Assembly: GCA_950097015.1 (NCBI GenBank)
Contig: CATNEN010000033.1
Span: forward strand, 4,154,001-4,218,000
Length of the DNA: 64,000 bases
DNA from: Macrostomum hystrix
Lineage: Eukaryota > Animalia > Platyhelminthes
Direction of reading: 5' to 3'
The translations under genes were made by a program, and so were the position numbers. The notes below the pieces were generated by a model. The model saw only the letters and a program-made list of their open reading frames with translations, ran no database searches and was not told the DNA's origin. This document shows, piece by piece, positions 26,539-38,297 of this stretch (positions are counted from its first letter, which is position 1; each line of letters starts with the position of its first letter).

Positions 26539-27260
26539 TCTGTGGGATTTCAAATCCTAGTCTCTGGGATTTCAAATCCTAGTCTCTGGGATTTCAAATC
26601 CTAGTCTGTGGGATTTCAAATCCTAGTCTGTGGGATTTCAAATCCTAGTCTGTGGGATTTCAAATCCTAGTCTGTGGGATTTCAAATCCTAGTCTGTGGG
26701 ATTTCAAATCCTAGTCTGAGGGATTTCAAATCCTAGTCTGTGGGATTTCTGATCCTTGTCTCTGGGATTTCAAATCCTAGTCTGTGGGATTTCAAATCCT
26801 AGTCTCTGGGATTTCTGATCCATGTCTCTGGGATTTCAAATCCTAGTCTGTGGGATTTCAAATCCTAGTCTGTGGGATTTCAAATCCTAGTCTATGGGAT
26901 TTCAAATCCTAGTCTGTGGGATTTGAAATCCTATTCTCTGGGATTTCAAATCCTAGTCTATGGGATTTCTGATCCTTGTCTCTGGGATTTCGAATCCTAG
27001 TCTCTGGGATTTCTGATCCATGTCTCTGGGATTTCAAATCCTAGTCTGTGGGATTTCAAATCCTAGTCTGTGGGATTTCAAATCCTAGTCTGTGGGATTT
27101 CAAATCCTAGTCTGTGGGATTTCTGATCCATGTCTCTGGGATTTTAAATCCTAGTCTGTGGGATTTCAAATCCTAGTCTGTGGGATTTCAAATCCTAGTC
27201 TGTGGGATTTCAAATCCTAGTCTGTGGGATTTTAAATCCTAGTCTATGGGATTTTAAATT
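26539..27260. repeat. 22-bp minisatellite TCTGTGGGATTTCAAATCCTAG, ~33 copies
   Basis: Direct reading. GGATTT-c-AAATCC palindrome. Confidence 0.98.
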
Positions 27261-27774
27261 CGAATCAGTGAGACTTCAATGCGTATCATAGTTGTGCCCT
27301 GAAATACTAATACTTTTGCTGATTGTTTTAAAAGTCTCAAGAATTTGCATTTTTTGCAAAAATGCGCAGTTTTGAGGATCAAAATCCAACTTTATACTCG
27401 GATGTAGAATGCAATAGTCTCAAAATCGTTTGGTCCTCTACAGTTTTAAAAAAAAATTATAAGCAGTTTTGTTACCTGTGTTCTATTGCATTTGTTCAGT
27501 TTGCTCAGCTCAAAGTGTTTTATCAGTTTTTCCTGTTAGTTTTTCATTGAAAACCTGCTTAATAAAACGTGTCTTCTTCCGTAATGGCGAACTTGTTAAT
27601 TTTTGTCTGCCGTTTTTTCATTTTTTATTGAAAATTTCTGAATCTTTTTAGCAGTTAGTGGAACACAAGTTCTCAGACACTTATACTCTTAGTAGTAATA
27701 TTTGCGCACTGGCCCGTTACATTCCAGCCCGACCGCATTTGGGTCACACTGAACCGGCCGTCGGCGAGTGGAAC

Positions 27775-30700
27775 ATGGCCGTCAGAGGTGTCGACACATT
27801 CTATCGGACAGCATTGATGCGGCCTTTCATACCGAAGATCTTTGCTAATGGCCTTGGCAATCCTAAATTGCTTGAGAGGTTAGCAGCAACGATAAAAATG
27901 AACGGTTTTTTAATCGGCTTTCAAACCATTTTCCTTTGTAGCAGATTTCACAACTCTCCGTCTTTATTTCAGTCTGATTTCCGACTTTCAATATCTTCGC
28001 GATCCGGACTTTGTTCGCAACTTTTTCACTGGGCGATTCGGCAGAGAACATCAGATTCACACTCAACTGGCCGAGGTGAGCCTGCTTAAAATTCTATTTT
28101 ACACACCTGCAGACACCCAAACCTGAACCTGGAACACCCACCCTCAGATGTAGAACACCCAAATCAGAACAAAGAGCACAAATCAGAACATAGAACACCC
28201 ACCCTCAGATGTAGAACACCCACACTCAGATGTAGAACACCCACACTCAGATGTAGAACACCCACACTCTAATGTAGAACACCCACCCTCAGATGTAGAA
28301 CACCCACCCTCAGATGTAGAACACCCACCCTCAGATGTAGAACACCCACACTCAGATGTAGAACACCCACACTCTAATGTAGAACACCCACACTCAGATG
28401 TAGAACACCCACACTCAGATGTAGAACACCCACACTCTAATGTAGAACACCCACACTCAGATGTAGAACACCCACACTCAGATGTAGAACTCCCACCCTC
28501 AGATGTAGAACACCCACCCTCAGATGTAGAACACCCACCCTCAGATGTAGAACACCCACCCTCAGATGTAGAACACCCACCCTCAGATGTAGAACACCCA
28601 CCCTCAGATGTAGAACACCCACCCTCAGATGTAGAACACCCACACTCTAATGTAGAACACCCACACTCAGATGTAGAACACCCACACTCAGATGTAGAAC
28701 ACCCACACTCTAATGTAGAACACCCACACTCAGATGTAGAACACCCACACTCAGATGTAGAACTCCCACCCTCAGATGTAGAACACCCACCCTCAGATGT
28801 AGAACACCCACACTCAGATGTAGAACACCCACACTCAGATGTAGAACACCCACACTCAGATGTAGAACACCCACACTCAGATGTAGAACACCCACACTCA
28901 GATGTAGAACACCCACACTCTAATGTAGAACACCCACACTCAGATGTAGAACACCCACACTCAGATGTAGAACACCCACACTCAGATGTAGAACACCCAC
29001 ACTCAGATGTAGAACACCCACACTCAGATGTAGAACACCCACCCTCAGATGTAGAACACCCACACTCAGATGTAGAACACCCACACTCAGATGTAGAACA
29101 CCCACACTCAGATGTAGAACACCCACCCTCAGATGTAGAACACCCACACTCAGATGTAGAACACCCACACTCAGATGTAGAACACCCACACTCAGATGTA
29201 GAACACCCACACTCAGATGTAGAACACCCACACTCAGATGTAGAACACCCACACTCAGTTGTAGAACACCCACACTCAGATGTAGAACACCCACCCTCAG
29301 ATGTAGAACACACATTGAACCACTGACTCAATCATTCCGCAGAAGCCAGTGAGAAAGGGCAAGCAGTTTCACGTGTTTGAGTTCAAAGGCAGCTTCCAGT
29401 CGCCGTTTAACGAGCTGTTGCATAACTGCATGCCGGCGGTGACCAGGACTGCGCAGTGAGTTATCATGCAGCACGAATCGCTTGACTTGACTAAGAAACA
29501 AAGCTGTTGTTTTCTGAACACTTTTTACAACCGAGTGAGACCGCTTAGCTTAGTCGTGACAGATACCAGCCAGCTCAGATTTAGATTATATCCTATGTCA
29601 GATCGATTTGTTAGATATCAGGTCTGTCATATGCCATCTCAGTTCATGTTAGATGCCAGGTCAAATGTCACATCAGATATCATCACATAAAATGTCTGGT
29701 CAGATCAGATGCCGTGTCAGATGGCAGGTCAGATAACATGTCAGATGTCAGTTCAGATGTCAGGTCACATGTCAGGTCAGATGTCAGGTCAGCAATTCCG
29801 GTCCTCCCACTCCCACGCTGCCCGCAGCTTCACAATGCTGGTGCCACAAGACGCAGCAGCCGGTCGACCTCCGCCGTCGCTGGAGCACAGGTCCTCTGTG
29901 CCCAGCTGCCCAATGGTGCTGCACCTGGCCGGCACCGGGGACTACAGCGTGTACCTGCAGAGGGAGCACGCGCTGCGCCTCGCCGACCTCGGCGTTGGCA
30001 GCCTGCTCCTCGTGAATCCGTTCTACTCGCCTCGTCGACCACCAATGCAAAAGAGCTCCTCCCTGCTGCACCTGTCCGACCTGTTCGTCATGGGTGGCGC
30101 CCTCATCCTGGAGTGCTGGCTGCTGCTGCGCTGGCTCGAGTCGCGAGGCTTCGGCCCGCTATCCCTGCACGGCGTCTCGATGGGCGGCTACATGGCCTCC
30201 CTGGCTGCCAGCGTGCACAACCGGCCCCTGGCCCTGGTGCCCTGCCTGTCCTGGACCTCCAGCAGTCCGTGCTATGTGCGCGGCGTGCTGTCCAACTCCA
30301 TGGCCTGGGAGACTATTCAACGGCAGCTGGCCAGCGAGACCGCCCTGCGCGAGCGAGTCTGGCCGCTGATCCGCGATGCGTCTTGTCCGGCCCGCTGCAT
30401 GGTGGCTGACAACTTCCCCGACCCGCTGCGCAACAGCAGGGAGGCCTCTGCGGTGTGTCTCGGCCATTCATACACCCACCCTGCCATTCATTCACCCACC
30501 CTGCCATTCATTCACCCACCCTGCCATTCATTCACCCACCCTGCCATTCATTCACCCACCCTGCCATTCATTCACCCACCCTGCCATTCATTCACCCACC
30601 CTGCCATTCATTCACCCACCCTGTCATTTATTCACCCACTCTGCCATTCCTTCACTTTGCTAATTGAGTGACTAATTGACTCTGCTAACCGAGCAGGCCG

Positions 30701-31251
30701 AGGCCGAGCAGGCAGCCGAGTCCGGCACCGAGACCCAGCTGCAGTCCGTCTACAATCGCTTCTACCAGACGGTGGCGGACTTCGGCGTCGGCCTTTTCGC
30801 GTCCACCGGCCGTCTCGTCGACACCTGGAAGCCCAACGCGTGGCTTTCGGCTAAACGCCAGACTCAGATCGCCGACGCCATGGAGACGGAGCACCGGCAG
30901 CAGCGGCAGCAGCCGAGCACGGATCGGAAGCTGACGGTGGACGAACAGGAGGCCCGCGAATTTGTCACCTGCCTGCTGGACTATTTCACCCACCTGGGCA
31001 ACTACGAGCCCCCAGTGGGCCCAGTGTACTCCCTGCAGGCTCTGGATGACGCGTACATTCCCAGGGACGGAGTTTATCCCCTGACGGAGCTCTGGCCCGG
31101 CATTCAGTGTCGAGTGGTCAAAGGCGGTCACGTGACTACTATATTTAGAAACTGCTACTGGAGCGGCAAGCCGCACGATCTCAGGGACATTGTGCTCACC
31201 TCGGTGGGGCTTAGTCCCGACACTAGTGTCTCTCATTCAGCTATGCCTTAG
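27775..31251 (+). CDS. ABHD18: ABHD18 (C4orf29/DUF2048) alpha/beta hydrolase; exons 27775-27878, 27973-28075, 29343-29455, 29828-30452, 30697-31251, ~499 aa
   Basis: All four introns are GT-AG with matching phases (2,0,2,0). Family motifs: VLHLAGTGD, LLLVNPFY, LSDLFVMGGALILE, nucleophile GVSMGG, LVPCLSW, ALDDAYIP (Asp) and GGHVT (His), giving an intact catalytic triad. Confidence 0.93.
28132..29312. repeat. 21-bp minisatellite TCAGATGTAGAACACCCAC(A/C)C filling ABHD18 intron 2
   Basis: Direct reading. Confidence 0.98.
29610..29792. repeat. Degenerate ~12-bp repeat ATGTCAGGTCAG in ABHD18 intron 3
   Basis: Direct reading; copies become more regular toward the acceptor. Confidence 0.85.
30465..30650. 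repeat. 20-bp minisatellite ATTCACCCACCCTGCCATTC, ~9 copies, in ABHD18 intron 4
   Basis: Direct reading. Confidence 0.97.
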
Positions 31252-32189
31252 CCTTTAATTAGTCCACACTTCAACGGGCGGGCTGGCTGGCTGGCGTTGT
31301 GCTCATTTATCAACCAAGCTTTGTTTACAAAAGCCGTGCCATAAACACTATTTGCCGAGTCGAGTAGTATAATGCGTACATTATTTTTACTTACACCTAC
31401 CAACCAGCCCGTGTCGTGTACGTATTGTTAGTATGGATTTCATTTTAACTGTCCCAAACTCCGTGGTGCAATTGTGCACTTGAGCACTAGAGTGAGTTTG
31501 TCATAGAATTCCATTTTGACGAGTGTGCGGTCTGCACAGCGTTAATTCAGTCAAGCGGTGCCTGATAAGTTTCTTCCGGTGAGCAGTGCTTTTTTGTTAG
31601 CTTGCTCAATTATTAACTTTGCAACTCGTAGTTCGATTCTAACTCTTATTGTTTTACACAATGCTTACCTAAGCTGACCTAAGCAATACAAGTATAAGGA
31701 TTTGGTTGACGCATAAATAAATAACGCAGCATTAAAAGCAGCAGTTACTGCCTGACAACCCGCAAGCCAATTAAAATGAAAACTCGATAATGTTATTCTT
31801 TAAGACGCTGCAAGTATCTATTTTGGTTTAATTTTTAATCGGTTACAAAAATTGGCAAAATCCGCAAAAATTGAATAGAAAAAAACTAGTCAAAGAAGAA
31901 AAATTAGTAAACAAAGCAATCACTGCACACACTCATCATCACCCGTCAGAAGGCAGAATGAGCAATTAAAGCAATCAAAAAATCTATACATGTCTCGCCT
32001 GGGACTAGACTGCACTGACATAATGACGATTTGGTGAGGGGGAAGACCAGCAAACCAAGGCTGAGAAATTTAATCAAATAAATCACACAATTACACAGAC
32101 GAATAAAATCAGAGAACATTATAGTACTTGGTAACAAGAGAGCTGGGGGCCGGCAGGTTTGGCACAGTTGGTTGGCGAGACAAGAGTTC

Positions 32190-35100
32190 CTACCACAGAT
32201 TCCAGGGCGCCTGTTTCATCAGGTACATTTGGTTGGTGGTAAGGTTCACCGGCACATTCACCAGCGCGTAGTAGGCGCCCAGCGACTCCATGGTGCGTCT
32301 GATGGTGTGCCTGGATGGCAGGTAAAATGTGAAGAAAATTGACATTATTGAGTCCTGGAGCTGTTTAGTACAAATAAACATAGTAATTAGCTCCTAATGT
32401 CTGCCCATCAAGTAGAACCGGCCCAAAGACGTTTTAAGACTACAGTTTTTACCCATTGATAACACACGAATGTGCCTGGCGAATCTTCGTCTTCGGTGGT
32501 CACATACCTTTATCTAGACGGACCTTTAACAGGTGGAACAAGGCCACTATTCTACAATTTCACTGATCAAGTCTAAATATTAGGCGCAGCTCAACCCAAG
32601 GACACCCTCGCCTATTCTGTCAAACAATCAGTAACCCCCAACGCTGTTGGCGTTCGGGCGCTACCAAAAACCCCCCTTGGTAGTTCAACTGTTAAGAAGA
32701 CAAGAAACTCTCGCCGCTGTCATGCATGTCGTTGATATAGGATGCTAAAAACACTTACCCGTCCTTGCCAGACATGAACATTGCGGGCAGGCCGACTTCC
32801 CGATGCGTCCCATCGTCCACCATGGACACGTGGGAGTCCGAGTCGGCCTCATTGTCGTAGACAACAACAGCCAGGGCTCCCGCCTGCTGCGCGGTCAGCG
32901 CTTTGGACATAAAGCTGCAGCCGCCGCGCTCGATCGCAACAATCCGGCCGTTGATTTCGTGCGAGTTGCTGAGCTGACTGCAGCCGTGAGCAGGCTGGCT
33001 GAAAACCAGCTTGGCCGAGTAGAAGGTGAAGTTCTGCAACACCGGACATTGGAGAAGCAGCCTTAATTCTAGACATTCACTGAGCAGTCCATTTCTCACA
33101 GACATTCACTGAGCAGTCCATTTCTCACAGACATTCACTGAGCAGTCCATTCCTCACAGATATTCACTGAGCAGTCCATTTCTCACAGACATTCACTGAG
33201 CAGTCCATTTCTCACAGACATTCACTGAGCAGTCCCTTCTTCACAGACATTCACTGAGCAGTCTATTCCTCACAGACATTCACTGAGCAGTCCATTTCTC
33301 ACAGACATTCACTGAGCAGTCCCTTCTTCACAGACATTCACTGAGCAGTCTATTCCTCACAGACATTCACTGAGCAGTCCATTTCTCACAGACATTCACT
33401 GAGCTGTCCATTTCTCACAGACATTCACTGAGCAGTCCATTTCTCACAGACATTCACTGAGCAGTCCATTTCTCACAGACATTCACTGAGCAGTCCATTT
33501 CTCACAGACATTCACTGAGCAGTCCATTTCTCACAGACATTCACTGAGCAGTCCATTCCTCACAGACATTCACTGAGCAGTCCATTCCTCACAGACATTC
33601 ACTGAGCAGTCCATTCCTCACAGATATTCACTGAGCAGTCCATTTCTCACAGACATTCACTGAGCAGTCCATTTCTCACAGACATTCACTGAGCAGTCCC
33701 TTCTTCACAGACATTCACTGAGCAGTCTATTCCTCACAGACATTCACTGAGCAGTCCATTTCTCACAGACATTCACTGAGCAGTCCCTTCTTCACAGACA
33801 TTCACTGAGCAGTCTATTCCTCACAGACATTCACTGAGCAGTCCATTTCTCACAGACATTCACTGAGCTGTCCATTTCTCACAGACATTCACTGAGCAGT
33901 CCATTTCTCACAGACATTCACTGAGCAGTCCATTTCTCACAGACATTCACTGAGCAGTCCATTTCTCACAGACATTCACTGAGCAGTCCATTTCTCACAG
34001 ACATTCACTGAGCAGTCCATTCCTCACAGACATTCACTGAGCAGTCCATTCCTCAAAGACATTGGCTCAGAAGCACTACCCTTTTTATGGACTCAAAAAA
34101 TGAAACCTAGCTATTGACTTACAAATTGCGTTCCAAAGTCTTTTGCTGGTGAAAGCTTATAATAATAGGCCACTGCCTGTGGCTCTAGGACCTCACAGTA
34201 GACATGGTCACTGGCACTTGCTTGCCAGGTCTTTACAATTATGTTGCTTTCAACCTTTCCTAGATGTTGTTTGAAGGAAGATATGGGAATAATGAATATA
34301 TTTATTAATATTTTTATAAGGCACAGTTCCCCTTTGAAAAATATAATCAGTTATTATAGAAACTGAGCATCACTTAGTATATATTTTAGTTCAACCCTAA
34401 AAATACTCAATATAGAGAAATGTAGGCCAACTGTCATATTTATAGCAATATAATGTATAGCTGGCTAGATTTGTGAACTCTTGAACTCTTATGGGCTATT
34501 GTAAAAATCTTAAGAAGTGTAACATTTTTGCTGCCTAAAAAATCAAGTAGGCTAAGGCCTAATTTATAATTTTATTTCAAATGAAGCTAGCAATAAGAAG
34601 CAAATAGGACAAGAAGAAAATGACACTGTGATCTTTTAAAACTTTACATTAAGGATTTAAAATAGAAAACAATTTGTTGAAAAAAAGTGCAATGTGTGTT
34701 AGGGACAAGTTGTTTTAAACTTTCAATGAGTTATTTTGCTTTCAAATAAACATTATTGACAAAATTTGGAGACAAAATTCTTTTTTATTATGTCTATTTC
34801 TATCTTGTTTAGCATTTTTTTTAATAATTTCAGTTTTTCTGGTTAATATACATTTTAATGGATTATATGCATTTCTGTACCAGGGCGTTTTAGTACCAAT
34901 CAGAGCATTTTGGTATAGCTCCTGGGATAGGGAGTGCTTTTTAGTTCTAATCCAATTTGTTCCCAAAGCAATATTTTACTATATTTTGTTCTACTCAACA
35001 TATGAAAAACTAATTTGAAACCAAGTTTCTTCAAGAAACTGTTGACACCAAAGTTTCAATAAATGTCAATGCTACCAACAATATACTGTTATGCCCAATG

Positions 35101-36257
35101 TACATTTCATGCTGATTAAACGATAAATCAAAACATGCAAATTTCTTTGTTATTGCTGACCATACTAGTTTCTCTTTTTTTAAAATTAGTTTGCTAGTCA
35201 TAAAATTACATTGTAATATAAACTTTCTTAAATATTGCTATTAAATTAGGTATCTGTTAGCATTTGCTGAAATCATGATAAATGTCTATTTTTAATTGAA
35301 TAATATAGCACCATGTTGACCACATGGTACCAAAAAACATTCCCCACCCCAAGAGCTATACCAAAAAGCCCTGACTGGTACCAAAATGCATGGCACCAAT
35401 GTTAACTATAGTAAGTTAGGGCCAATAGGCCTATAGGAATCTGGTCCATTTCAGCGACAAGTCATTTCGGCGACAACCATTTTGGCAACAACCACTTCGG
35501 TGACAAACATTGAAACCCCAGTAATAATGGATCTGATAGTGTTTGCTTATTGAGTATGTAATGTATTTGATTCTTCTACTAGTTAATGTATTCCTGTTAT
35601 AGTATTTGTTTTAACATGTAATATAAATAGCGAGTTTGGATCAGTTTGGTCCGCGCTCTATGTGCATCAACCTCACCTGTCTTACTTATAAGTAGCATCA
35701 TTTGCCGTCACCAATATTTTATAGCTAACATGTTTGTTATCGACTTCGTTATTCTACACAGGTAGAAGTGTTGTCGCGACTTTCGTCTCTGCCTTCTGTC
35801 CTCTATTCACTCTTTCGTTCTCTGCACTTTTCTTGTGCAAAATAAATTTGTTCCACAACTTCAAAAGTATTGTTGCCGAAATGGTTGTCGCCGAAATGAC
35901 TTGTCGCCGAAATGGTTGTCGCCGGAATGGTATGTCCCCAAAATGGACTGTTTCCGGCCTATAGTAAGTAAGTAATATGTCATTTGTAAAAGTACAAAGA
36001 TAAAAAGCAGCAGTACAGATACATTAGCAGTATAAATAGTTATATAAAATTAAGGATTAATAAAACTATAATACATAAATGATAAATCAAGTAAGGCAAT
36101 AGGCCTAAGAAAGATTGGCACTTTTAAAGTTGAATAGCAAGCCAAAAGCCATAGCCAAACAATACTTACCAAAAGCAATAGATGGCAAAAAAGAAAGCAG
36201 GAGCAAGGTTAGAGAAACACTTTTAAGATGACTGTAATTCAAAACAAAGCATTGCAT
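32190..36257 (-). CDS. PRADC1: PRADC1 protease-associated (PA) domain protein; exons 36257-36170, 34259-34123, 33033-32759, 32310-32190, ~206 aa
   Basis: Phase-consistent GT-AG junctions (1,0,2). Motifs: SPAKDFG, IVAIERGGCSFMSK, AVVVYDN, MFMSGKDG and terminal APWNLW, as in PRADC1. The first exon encodes a signal-peptide-like LTLLLLSFLPSIAF and is less certain. Confidence 0.9.
33071..34060. repeat. 29-bp minisatellite CACAGACATTCACTGAGCAGTCCATTTCT, ~34 copies, filling PRADC1 intron 2
   Basis: Direct reading. ACTG-ag-CAGT core. Confidence 0.98.
34867..35391. mobile_element. Older inverted-repeat element (degenerate MITE-like)
   Basis: About 70-bp imperfect inverted repeats: TTTTGGTATAGCTCCTGGGAT..GTGCTTTTTAGT near 34910-34950 versus ACCAAAAAACATTCCCCACCCCAAGAGCTATACCAAAA near 35329-35366. 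No TSD identified. Confidence 0.5.
35436..35955. mobile_element. Non-autonomous DNA transposon (MITE), 520 bp, in PRADC1 intron 1
   Basis: Termini GGAAT.../...TTTCC. Inverted subterminal arrays of a 15-16 bp repeat (CATTTCGGCGACAAC) at both ends. Exact 8-bp target-site duplication GGCCTATA at 35428-35435 and 35956-35963. Confidence 0.85.
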
Positions 36258-36832
36258 CCACAGAAGTGTCACAGCTCTACTTCTATTAATAATTAATGTG
36301 TATTTCATTTACAATAGCAAAGCAAGCGCAAAGCTACTATTAGCTGTTTTAATAAAGCTTAATATCTACAGTGCACACTAGAGCGCCACAAATAATAATT
36401 TTCCGGCGATACGCAAACTTGCGCTGCACGGCCCGCATCAAGTATATATAAAGTGATACTTACACATTCGTGTGATTCGTCACGAATTCTTGAAATTTAC
36501 TCGTGTTATAACTTCGAATTTATAAACAATTATTATATTCTATTTCTATTACTGCTTTAATAATTTGCAAGTTAATTTAATATGGGGAATCGATACGCAT
36601 GTAGTTTCATCCATTATGACATTTTATGCTTTGCAAAAGAGTATTGTATTTAGTTTTTTTTATAGTTTGTAACGAGATTTCAATGTAGCGGCTTTCTTTA
36701 CGTGATTTTTTTTCTATAATTGACCCACAGATAATTCTGCCAATTTCACTGACTCCTGAGCACACACGCAGATATTGTACGCATGTACACACTCACTCAC
36801 ACTTTTTCATAGTCAGGTATGGGTTTTTTTGC

Positions 36833-36881
36833 CAAGGACCACTGTAGTATAACTACAAAAGTTATACTACAGTGGTCCTTG
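36833..36881. mobile_element. 49-bp perfect hairpin flanked by 8-bp direct repeats; minimal TIR-only element
   Basis: CAAGGACCACTGTAGTATAACT-acaaa-AGTTATACTACAGTGGTCCTTG (22-bp perfect stem). TTTTTTGC lies on both sides (36825-36832, 36882-36889). Confidence 0.7.
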
Positions 36882-38297
36882 TTTTTTGCGTGCACTCTCA
36901 CTGTGCCTTGCTGATTGGCCCCTTAAAGGGCGCAAATCGCACGACAACGCCCGTGGGCCTTCTCTCTGCTACAGCGCCCCAATTACATGTGGCCTCACCG
37001 CTGTGCCTTGTAGGTTGGCCCTAAAGGCCCTAAAGTCCTTAAGTGTAACAGACAAAAGGAAGCAGAATAAATTAAATGATAAAGCTAATTTTGCTGCCAC
37101 ATGTTTAATCGTAAGCTAAGACCTCTAGAAATTGTCATTTATTAGCGCTGCAGTAAATCTTAAACACGCTTAACTCAAGAGGTAAATGAATTCTCTTCAT
37201 TATTCCTGCAGCTGTGTTTATGCTGCAGCAGTTAAATCATTTTATTAAATAAACTTGGCCAACGACAAGCTTTTATTTTCTGAAGGAATTATATATCGAT
37301 CCTAGAACATGTAGATTAAGGTGATCTTAATAGTAGATACATTCAGCGCATGGGTCACTATATCAATAAATAATTAAGTGCTGCAATTTAGGCATCGTAA
37401 AAAGGTGAGTCTAACAAAGTAATCTGAAAACATTTTTAACTCGTCGTTGCAGCGCCTGGTAATTTTTCGCCAATACGCTCGTAAAAGTCACTGAACAGAT
37501 ATTTCCCACAAGCTATAATTTTATAGTTTTAAAGTAAGCTTATAAAAGTAAAGAGGATTTGTCAAATAAATTTTGAAGCAGTTTAAAGAAATGTAATAAA
37601 TTAAATTAAATAAACCAACAAAGAGTTATAAAGCACATTATTTTCGTACAGCCTTTCTAATCTTCTAATTTCACGAGCGTACCTGAAATATGGCATAACT
37701 CGACCAATTCACCAATAAAAAAAGAAGTTTGAATGAAATAGGGGCGTATAATTTCCATGAATCACAGTTAAACATATGCACTTTTAAATCAGTACTTTTA
37801 GGTGCACAAAGCATTTGTAGCATCACATCGTTTCATATTACAAGCAATAAGGGTAATGTTACGACGAGCAAATGATAACATATATGCTTGCATCCAATAG
37901 AATTTTAATAATACACACGTTAACATGCAAGAACAATTACAGAATTCCTTCATATGAGCCTCATGTTTTCTTCAGAAATCAAAGACAGATATTATGCAAT
38001 GCTACTAACTCAGTTAGAGTAGTATGCCCAGCGTCGTTAGAATTAAACTGTAAATAGCTAAGGAGAGAGCATATTGCAGCAGGTGGATTCGAAATCAACA
38101 AAAAACTGAAACCAGTTGGGGAAAGACAATTAGGATAGAATGAGGTCTACATGATGGAAGTAAATTTAATTGCATTTTGTTTTAGCTGTGTGAAAATTTA
38201 TATTTTTTAAAGCTAGATTGCTTCCACCATTAGAAGTAATAAAATTTTGTTTAACTAAACTGATATCACCGGAAAAAAATTCTAGCGAGTTTTCCAC

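Noticed and set aside
28183-29331. 382-aa Cys-rich (CSTSECG)n ORF resembling metallothionein or keratin-associated proteins
   Set aside because: Antisense reading of the satellite filling ABHD18 intron 2.
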